Origin: Candidatus Solibacter sp.
GTDB taxonomy: Bacteria; Acidobacteriota; Terriglobia; Bryobacterales; Bryobacteraceae
DNA: 64,000 bases
Assembly (NCBI GenBank): GCA_050014175.1
Contig: JBEKDV010000001.1
Coordinates: 19,265 to 83,264, forward strand
Direction of reading: 5' to 3'
This document shows, in pieces, positions 56,982 through 64,000 of the stretch (positions are counted from its first letter, which is position 1; every line of letters begins with the position of its first letter). Below the pieces are notes generated by a model. The model saw only the letters and a list, made by a program, of their open reading frames with translations. It was not told the origin of the DNA and searched no databases. A program made the position numbers and the translations under genes.

Positions 56982-59379
56982 ATGCCGGATCGGCGATGTT
57001 GTTATGGAAGGCTTCGGGATTGAAGTGGTTGGTGAGATTGTACGCGCTCACCGACAGCCGGACCGTGTATTTGGGATTCACCTTGATGTCCTTGGAAAAA
57101 CGCGAATCCACCGACAGGAAGCTGGGGAATCTTTGCGCATTGGGCACTCCCACGTAGTTCTGCAGGGCGTCCGTCACGGCATAGGGAAAGCCGCTGCGAA
57201 ATTCGATCAGCGGTGCGATGCGGAAGCCCGCCGGAAGCTGTACGACTCCCCACGTCAAAAACCGGTTCGGTACGTTGACCGGCAGATTGCCGAACTGATT
57301 GGGGCGAATAATCGGCACCGGAAAACTGCCCAGGTAGTTGGCGAAATCGTTCAAATCGCCGCGCGCTTGCGAACGCACATAGGAGAAGAACAATTGGCGC
57401 TTGTCATTCATGCGCAGGCGGGCCGTAGCCTCAAACTGGCGATATCGCGATTGCCCGCCCCCCGTCAACAGGTTCGAGCCCACACCGCCGTTGGACGGGC
57501 CCGGCGGCACCGGGTTCATAATCACCAGTCCGGCCGATTGCTTCTGGGTATAGCCGATCCGCATCAGGAGACGCTGCGTGAGGGGCTGCTCGATCTGCAC
57601 GTTGCCGGTGTCGCTGCGCGGCGAAAAATTCCCCTGGTTCGTCTCCTGGAACACGAACGCGGATTTCGTGCTGACCGTGCCCAGTCCGTTCCGATAGAGC
57701 GACGGTCCGGCGGTAATCTGCCCGCCGGGTCCGAACATGGTGACGATCTCATTGGGGTATTGGGCAAACGAATAGACGCTCAGCGGCACGTGGTCGTAGA
57801 ACCATCCGAAGCCCGCACGCAGCACGGTGCCCAGCTTCTCGAACGGCGTCCAGGCAATGGCCGCGCGCGGCGCCACGCGCAAACTCTCCGACAGCTCCTG
57901 CGACTCCGTGCGAAGACCCAGGTCCACCGCCAGCCGCGGCGTGATCAGCCAGTGATCCTGCCCGAAGAACGCGTACTCCAGGTCCCATCTGAGGAAGCGC
58001 AGCCCCGGCGTGAAAGTGACGCGTTCCAGCAACTGGTTCGACGCATCCACAACGTTGAAGGGCCGCTCCGTCACCACGCCGTTGTCGGTGCTTTCCGCCA
58101 GGTACGCGCCCGTTTTATAGTTGTGCGTCCCCCCCAGCCAGTGGACGGCCCCGAAGGAATAGACCGGGGTCCAGCTCAGGCGGGAAGCGTCGCGGCGCTG
58201 CTCGGCGAAATAATTCCCGCTATTGCCGCCGGGGGCGATGGTCAGATCCTGGGTGCCCTGCGCCCAGACGTGCGCGTCGAAGTGGGTCACCGAGAAGGTA
58301 TTTTCGAAGAGCCCGCTCCCCAGCGTCCATTTGTCCGACAGGGTGACGGTGATATTGTCCGTGGCGGCGTCCGGCGATGTCGCCTCCGGATTGAAGTAGT
58401 TCATATTCACGTAGGCCATGCGCTGCGGCGCCACGTGAACGGTCGCGGTGACAAGTTGCTTCTGGGATGCCACCCAGTCCACTTGCGCGAAAGAGTTGAA
58501 CCCTTCCTGCTTTTTCTGGTTGTAGGGGAAAGGCAGTTCGTAGACCTCGGTCTTGCGGACCGCGTATTCCAACCCTTCGGAAAAGTAGAGCTTTCCCGCC
58601 ACGATGGGCCCTTCCACGTTGATCCGCGGCGTGGCGTCGCGCAGGCCGCGCAGGTGGTAGCTGCGAATGATGAAATCGGGAAACGGATCGCTCAACTCCC
58701 ACTTCCATTTGTCGCCGCCGCGCCGCGTGGCCACCGAAACCAGGCCCGCCGTGAACCTTCCGTACTCGGCCAGGAAAGCCGTCTGATAGACGTTGATGGT
58801 CTCTACGCTGTCGATGGGCACGGTCAGTCCGAATTGTCCGGTTGCCGGGTCGGTGACATCGGCCGAGTTGACCATCAGCGCGCTGCGATGTTCGCCGGCG
58901 GCCGACATCACCAGGCCGCCCCCGGACACGCGCATCACACCCGGCAGCAATGGCAAGGCCTCCGTTACCGTCGGCGGGCGTCCAGGCAGCTCTTTGGCGG
59001 TCTGCGCCGAGATCTCGTTGGACGGGGACGCGCCCTGCTCCAATGGAGCGACGGCTCCTTTGACTTCGATGCTCTCCTTGGGCGCCATGGCCGGCGTCAA
59101 CATCAACTCCACGGAAGAGGGCAATTCGAGATTGTCCTTTTGCACGGGTTCGAATCCGTCCTTCGAAGCATGGAGTTCATAATGCGCCGGTTTGAGCGAA
59201 TCGAACCGGGCGTGGCCGTCTTCAGCCGTCTGCGCAGAAGCGACAACCGTTCCGCCAGTCTTCAATTCTACGCGAACACCCGGGACGGGCCGGTTGGACG
59301 AATCGACTACCGAAACATCGAGGCTGTTTGCAGCGCCCTGCCAAAACAGAAGCAGGGCAACCAGTACGGGGAATGGCAT
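56920..59379 (-). CDS. TonB-dependent-receptor-like outer-membrane beta-barrel with an N-terminal carboxypeptidase-regulatory-like domain
   Basis: Signal peptide MPFPVLVALLLFWQGAAN; CarboxypepD_reg-like VVDSSNRPVPGVRVELK...; plug-like region; C-terminal aromatic residue (DVIF). Confidence 0.8.
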   Translation of the reverse strand: MPFPVLVALLLFWQGAANSLDVSVVDSSNRPVPGVRVELKTGGTVVASAQTAEDGHARFDSLKPAHYELHASKDGFEPVQKDNLELPSSVELMLTPAMAPKESIEVKGAVAPLEQGASPSNEISAQTAKELPGRPPTVTEALPLLPGVMRVSGGGLVMSAAGEHRSALMVNSADVTDPATGQFGLTVPIDSVETINVYQTAFLAEYGRFTAGLVSVATRRGGDKWKWELSDPFPDFIIRSYHLRGLRDATPRINVEGPIVAGKLYFSEGLEYAVRKTEVYELPFPYNQKKQEGFNSFAQVDWVASQKQLVTATVHVAPQRMAYVNMNYFNPEATSPDAATDNITVTLSDKWTLGSGLFENTFSVTHFDAHVWAQGTQDLTIAPGGNSGNYFAEQRRDASRLSWTPVYSFGAVHWLGGTHNYKTGAYLAESTDNGVVTERPFNVVDASNQLLERVTFTPGLRFLRWDLEYAFFGQDHWLITPRLAVDLGLRTESQELSESLRVAPRAAIAWTPFEKLGTVLRAGFGWFYDHVPLSVYSFAQYPNEIVTMFGPGGQITAGPSLYRNGLGTVSTKSAFVFQETNQGNFSPRSDTGNVQIEQPLTQRLLMRIGYTQKQSAGLVIMNPVPPGPSNGGVGSNLLTGGGQSRYRQFEATARLRMNDKRQLFFSYVRSQARGDLNDFANYLGSFPVPIIRPNQFGNLPVNVPNRFLTWGVVQLPAGFRIAPLIEFRSGFPYAVTDALQNYVGVPNAQRFPSFLSVDSRFSKDIKVNPKYTVRLSVSAYNLTNHFNPEAFHNNIADPAFGLFFGQRGRRFTGDFDVIF

Positions 59380-59565
59380 CAGATCGGCATTCGTCTTTGA
59401 TTTTATGGACGCGTCTATGCAATCCCCAGTTTCACCAGGCTGTTCGTGGGAGTGCCGGGGCTGCGAAGGGCGCCCCACGGGCGAGATTGCCCTTCACGCT
59501 ATTTTAGCTCGTCCGGGAGCGGCAGTGTGACGGCGCCTGGTATCCGTCAAATGAAACCGGTGGCG

Positions 59566-59745
59566 CTATATTGGCGTGGCTCCGCTCAAAGTGAGGATGG
59601 TATTCAGGAACGCTTTCAATTCCGGACACTGGTTTGCGGCCACGGTCAGGTCTTTGCCGCGGAGGATTCGGCCCGCGTCGCGCGGCTTGGAGTAGCCATC
59701 CCGGCAGGTCCCGACTCTGAAGATCTCTTGAATGTGGCGCGACGG
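59566..59745 (-). pseudogene. Possible C-terminal remnant of a DUF4276-like gene
   Basis: ...GYSKPRDAGRILRGKDLTVAANQCPELKAFLNTIL resembles the DUF4276 C-terminus (Y-x-K ... CP-x-F/L). The N-terminal ~150 aa are absent. Confidence 0.3.
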
Positions 59746-60886
59746 CGGCCGTTGCGCCAGAGTTCGTCCGGACTGTATTCCTTCAGCCATACATCCAGAT
59801 CAAGTTCGTCCGCTCTTGTCAGTCTGGTCATGCCATCTTCGGTCGAGTCGAGGATCACCACTTCCGAGGGCTCAAGAAACCGGATGAGCGTATCGGAGTG
59901 GGTCGCGACAATGATCTGAGTGCGCTGCGAAGCCTCTCTCAACTGGTCGGCTAGCAAGCTCAGCAGCTCGGGGTGAAGACTGACATCTGGCTCGTCAAGG
60001 AGTGTAAGTGATGTAAGTCCCGGGCTCTGCAGTAACGTTGTTAGCCATAAGAACCGCAGAGTTCCTTCCGACAATTGGTGCGTGTAGAGCGGCTTCGAAA
60101 ACCCACGCTCACGCCATGCCAGTGCCAGCGTACCCGCTGCAACCGGCGGGAAATCCAGCCGTTCAAATCGTGGAAACGCGGCGCGAAGCGAATCTTCGAT
60201 TGCATCGAACCTGTTACGGTCGGTCTGTTGGAGATAGAAGAGACAGGAAACAGGTCTTCACCGTTTCTTCCGGGCAACTCGGCCGGCCCAAGGGACTGCG
60301 GCAAGCGGACGGGCGAGCGAGGTTCAACGCTCAAGACGTGATAGAAGGTCGAAGATGCAAGCCGACGCCGGAAATCCTCCGGCTCCTGAAACATTTTGGG
60401 AACCTGCGCCAGCGAAGTCTCCAGAGGATTGTGCTCCCACGTCGGGTGCGTGAGTTTTTTCTTCTCGGGATCGTAATACTTAACTTCCCTTTCAAGCGAA
60501 TCGATATGAAGGAATGGCTTGGGATGAGGCTTCCTTATCTGGCTGAGCGTCTCTTCCCGGATCGCGTGGGCGATTCCTTGAGGACGAACCCACAACGCAT
60601 ATTCAAGGGGTTCCTGACCCGGAACCTCCATCGTGATGGCTAGTCCGAGTTCCCCGGCCCTGTCATAAGTGAGCACGTTTGACAAGCCTGACAATTCCGA
60701 GATCGACGAACTCAACCTTCCTTGGGCGGAGGATGCCAGCAAAGACAATACATCGAGTACTGACGTCTTTCCCGTTCCATTCGCGCCGATGATCGCCGAT
60801 AGTGGGCGCAACTCCAGTTTCACGTCGTATAGGCGGCGAAAGCCCTGGATTGCGAGTTGGCCAAAGCGTATCGAGGGAGGATCCAT
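59646..60886 (-). pseudogene. ABC/SMC-like AAA_21-type ATPase, disrupted by one frameshift near 60241-60255
   Basis: The N-terminal frame has Walker A GANGTGKTS. A second frame continues VSCLFYLQQTDRNRFDAIEDSLRAAFPRFERL...LSEGTLRFLWL...LLDEPDVSLHPE...IVATHS (signature, Walker B, H-loop). The frames switch at a TTT/AAA run. Confidence 0.7.
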
Positions 60887-60971
60887 TCTATTCTTCCGGC
60901 CCCAAAAGAGCGGCCGTTCATTCAGTGTACTCTGCTGAAGCGGCAGCGATTATCGGCGCCGGCACGGGGGG

Positions 60972-61787
60972 CTATTTTAGCTCGTCCGGGAGCGGCAGTG
61001 TGACGGCGCCGGTAGCGGCCCACTCGGCGCCGCGCACGAAGGTGGCGATGAACCCGGGTAGTATCATAGCGGCGGGATCGTGTCCGAGGGCAGTGGTGAA
61101 GACGCGGCCAGTGCCGAACGTAGTAGTCCAGAGCATGGGTTGATTCAGACCGGGGCCGGGAATGGGTTGCTTCTCGCCGGGTTTGTACAGCGCATGGTCG
61201 TCATAGGCGGTGGCCAGCACGTGATACGAACCTTCCGGCTGCCACTTCAGATTGGCGTACAGCTCGTCATTGGCCTGCGGGAAGGTGGCGCGCATGCCGC
61301 GCGTAATCGGATGCTCGCGGTCGGTGACGGTGACGGTGAAATCGTGGCGCGCCGAGTGATGGCCGTTGTTGGGGCGCCAGTTGCCGGCGCACATCTGTTC
61401 GAACTCGGTCCAGCCGACAAAGGCCGCACTGGAAAAGTGGTAGACCACCAGGCCCTTGCCGCCGCGCACGAAGTCCACGAGCGCGCTGTCGGCCCGGGCG
61501 CCCCAGCGCAGCGCGGGCTTGTTGCCATCGTAGTAGTTGAGCACCACCAGATCGTAGGGCGCGAGGGTTTCGGGGCCGGCGCCGCGGAACTCCTCGGTGA
61601 CGCGCACCTCGAACCGCTTGGTGTCTTCCAGTAACTTGCGCAGCACCGGCGTGGTGGCGCGCCAGTCATGGCCGTTCTGGCCGGTGATGATGAGTACTTG
61701 GATCTTCGGCGTCTGAGCAGGCGCGGGCTGCGCGATTCCCAACAGGAACAGGCAGGCGGCTCCGAGTTTTAGAAACGCATTCCCCAT
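60972..61787 (-). CDS. Exported ThuA-domain (trehalose-utilisation-like) protein
   Basis: Signal peptide, then KIQVLIITGQNGHDW...YDLVVLNY...GKGLVVYHFS pattern. Confidence 0.8.
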   Translation of the reverse strand: MGNAFLKLGAACLFLLGIAQPAPAQTPKIQVLIITGQNGHDWRATTPVLRKLLEDTKRFEVRVTEEFRGAGPETLAPYDLVVLNYYDGNKPALRWGARADSALVDFVRGGKGLVVYHFSSAAFVGWTEFEQMCAGNWRPNNGHHSARHDFTVTVTDREHPITRGMRATFPQANDELYANLKWQPEGSYHVLATAYDDHALYKPGEKQPIPGPGLNQPMLWTTTFGTGRVFTTALGHDPAAMILPGFIATFVRGAEWAATGAVTLPLPDELK

Positions 61788-61819
61788 GACGCCCCAATTC
61801 TAGCGCTATGTGCGGGAGA

Positions 61820-61879
61820 AAGAATGCCCCCATGAATGGGGTCCGCCCAGAGGGCACCCGGCCTGAAAGGCTACGCTAC
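61820..61879. repeat. REP family B copy with a family-C-like insert
   Basis: aagaatgcccccatgaatggggtccgcccagagggcacccggcctgaaaggctacgctac. It overlaps the stop of the minus-strand gene at 61876. Confidence 0.8.
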
Positions 61880-64000
61880 TTGTCCGCCAGCTTTTTCCCC
61901 GCATCCAGGCTGTCGAAGTTCAGGATAGCGTTGAACACCAGGAAATAGCTGCCCTTGGTCTCGGCGCGCCACATGGGATTGTTGGAGAACAGCACCACGT
62001 GGCCTTCGCCATACGGGGAATCGATCACCGCGGCGTGCTGCGCCAATTCCGTGCCGCCATCGAGCAGGCCGCTCACCAGGAGGTCCGGCGCATTGGCGTA
62101 GCGCAAGACCACGCGCGGGCGCGCCGCCGGGGGAATCACGTTGATCGGGTTGCGAAGCTGCTCGCTGGTGAGCGGCGTGGCCTCCCACACTTCGGCGTGC
62201 GGCTCTTCCGGTATCTCCACCGGGGAGCGCCCCTGCGGCAGATCCGGATCGTCGGCCGTGCCGCGGCCGGTGGGGCGTTCGCGTTCTTCGGGGCCGCCGC
62301 GCCGCCCGCCTCCGCCGCCGCCCGCCATATTCGTGAGGCCGAAAACCGGCGGACTCGAGGCGAAGATCGCCAGGTTGTCCTTGTAGCCGTAGACAATCGG
62401 GCTGGCCGCGTCCACCATTTTGGAACGGAGCGCCGAGCCGGTCACCTTGAGCCGCGTAGTGGTCCCGATGGTGACGCCGGGCGTGAAGCCGAACGCCACG
62501 GCGAAATTGGCGGTGTCGTTGGCGGTGATCAGCAATCCGCCCTTGCGCACGAACTCCTGCAAATGATCGAGCCCGGACCAGCCGAGGCCGGGACGCATGT
62601 CGTCGGTTTTGTCGGTCTTGCCCAAATTCGGCGTGAGCTGGGTGACTTTCCACGGCAGCGGATTGCCGTACATCGGCATGCCGCTGACAATCGCCTGCGG
62701 GTTGCCGCGCCCTCCTCCCGGCCCAAACACGATCACGTCGTATTTGGAGCGCAGGTCGGCGGCTTTGGACACGGTCTGCGTGCTGATGTACTCGTAGGGA
62801 ATCTTCAGGCGGTCGAACTCCAGGCGCCACCAGCCTTCGGCCTGCGTGCTCTGCCACGTGTGCATGAGCGCGATGCGGGCGGCGCGCGCCGGATGGGTTT
62901 TCACCGCGGGGGCGCTGGCCACGGCGTAAGCCTGCACGCCGAGTTCGGCGGCGGCTTTGGCGAGGTCAATAGCGGCCACGTTGCGCACGACGAAACTGCC
63001 GCGATTGAACTTGTGCCCGGCGGCTTCGAAGGGCTCCTCGGCGGTATCGAAGGTGGCGTTGGGGAATCGATAGCGCAGGGTCATCAACGCGTTGTCGGAA
63101 TTGTGATTGATCAGGAAGATCTCGCCCGTGCTTTCCACGCCGCCGGGCGCCTGCACCGGACCCGGAAGCTTATCCATGGCGGCTTCCAATACCTTGACGT
63201 CGGTGACGCGCGACACCTGCACGTTGCCCAGTTCGCCGAAGGTCCAGCCGGTGTCGTCGTAGATGCTCTTCTGCGGATCGTTGGCCGCCCAGTATTGGTA
63301 ATCGAGCAGCGCATCGGCGATGCGGCTGTAGGGCTGATCCATGCGCAGAACATAGCTGCCCGCCGGGAAGGTGCGCGGCTCGGGCTTGGGTTTTTCCGCG
63401 GGCTTGGCGGGAGGAGTGTCGGCTGCAGCGTCGGCATCCGTGGTTGCGGCCCCGCCGCGTCCGCCGCGTCCGCCGCGCGCCGGCGCCTTCTTGGCCGGCA
63501 TCATGACGGTGAAGGGCGCGGTGGCGCGGGAGATCTCGCAGCCCTGATCCTGCAACATGCGCAGCAGGTCGGCTTGCGCGCCGGGGCGCGGATCGTCGGA
63601 CGGGAACACGTAGGCGGCCGGTCCTTCGGTGCGCGGTTTCTCGATGGAGCGCTTGGCCTTGAGGTAGAAGTTGCGCAGGAACAGCTTGTTGTTGCCGGCG
63701 AAGTAGTGGAGCGCGGTCAGCACGCCGGTCTGTTCGTAATTGTTGTTGTTGCGCTGCGACCATTGCGCCTTGGGCAGCGGCGGATTCTGCTTGAACCAGG
63801 TGCGCGCGTACTCATTGGGGCGCAGGCTGCGCTCCTCGGTATCCGCGCCGGCGTTGCCGAACGTCTCGTAGAGGCGGCTGATGCCGTTGTGCATGGCGGC
63901 GATGAACATCAGGTAGCTGGGGGACCAGGTGTCGAACGTGCCGTGGGCGAACACGCCGGGCATGCCGAACTTGGTCATTTCGGAAACGTTGTTCCAGCCC
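61876..64000 (-). CDS. Large exported peptidase-like protein (M14 carboxypeptidase-like family?), N-terminus outside the window
   Basis: The 700-aa ORF probably runs off the window end. Contains RGG/GGGGRRGG low-complexity inserts. The family call is from general resemblance only. Confidence 0.5.
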   Translation of the reverse strand, partial: GWNNVSEMTKFGMPGVFAHGTFDTWSPSYLMFIAAMHNGISRLYETFGNAGADTEERSLRPNEYARTWFKQNPPLPKAQWSQRNNNNYEQTGVLTALHYFAGNNKLFLRNFYLKAKRSIEKPRTEGPAAYVFPSDDPRPGAQADLLRMLQDQGCEISRATAPFTVMMPAKKAPARGGRGGRGGAATTDADAAADTPPAKPAEKPKPEPRTFPAGSYVLRMDQPYSRIADALLDYQYWAANDPQKSIYDDTGWTFGELGNVQVSRVTDVKVLEAAMDKLPGPVQAPGGVESTGEIFLINHNSDNALMTLRYRFPNATFDTAEEPFEAAGHKFNRGSFVVRNVAAIDLAKAAAELGVQAYAVASAPAVKTHPARAARIALMHTWQSTQAEGWWRLEFDRLKIPYEYISTQTVSKAADLRSKYDVIVFGPGGGRGNPQAIVSGMPMYGNPLPWKVTQLTPNLGKTDKTDDMRPGLGWSGLDHLQEFVRKGGLLITANDTANFAVAFGFTPGVTIGTTTRLKVTGSALRSKMVDAASPIVYGYKDNLAIFASSPPVFGLTNMAGGGGGGRRGGPEERERPTGRGTADDPDLPQGRSPVEIPEEPHAEVWEATPLTSEQLRNPINVIPPAARPRVVLRYANAPDLLVSGLLDGGTELAQHAAVIDSPYGEGHVVLFSNNPMWRAETKGSYFLVFNAILNFDSLDAGKKLADK

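Larger units (their letters stand above)
59498..61010. mobile_element. Decayed integrated cassette bounded by 40-bp direct repeats (59498-59537 and 60971-61010)
   Basis: Identical 40-mers (gctattttagctcgtccgggagcggcagtgtgacggcgcc). The right copy is the true 3-prime end of the ThuA gene. The interior is visibly lower in GC and carries only damaged genes. No integrase is present. Confidence 0.5.

Noticed and set aside
59446-59919. Plus-strand ORFs 59446-59919, 60038-60643 and 60802-61143 inside the cassette
   Set aside because: They are antisense to the recognisable ATPase and ThuA reading frames and carry no motifs.

Overview
High-GC (by eye roughly mid-60s percent) bacterial chromosomal segment. 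The gene content suggests an Acidobacteriota-like soil bacterium, but this is inference only: CarboxypepD_reg-type TonB-dependent receptor, many exported peptidases and glycosidases, two ECF sigma/anti-sigma pairs, BshA. I support about 60 protein-coding genes and found no rRNA, tRNA or CRISPR array. Housekeeping genes include acyl-CoA carboxylase beta, SelB, aminotransferase, GalU, CysDN, ClpC, RsmA, CarD, BshA and an EPS priming transferase. Accessory modules are interleaved with them. (1) Four toxin-antitoxin-like pairs. (2) A hidden selenoprotein: an in-frame UGA at 37482 inside a W-U-P-F-C redoxin fused to a DsbD-N-like domain, with a SECIS-like hairpin. (3) A small HU-like gene overlapping a TIR-domain gene, beside two tandem genes for secreted Lys-rich micropeptides. 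(4) A second TIR protein with a degenerate STAND-like NTPase module, apparently coupled to an O-methyltransferase and followed by ParDE. (5) A decayed ABC-type ATPase plus DUF4276-like remnant, bounded by 40-bp direct repeats that duplicate the 3-prime end of a ThuA gene. (6) A cytoplasmic BNR propeller coupled to a MoaD/ThiS-like protein ending in GG. Several families of REP-like palindromic repeats sit mainly between convergent genes; some overlap stop or start codons. Most long antisense ORFs in the track are high-GC shadow ORFs and were rejected. All functional calls rest on my own recognition of motifs in the translations; no database search was run.
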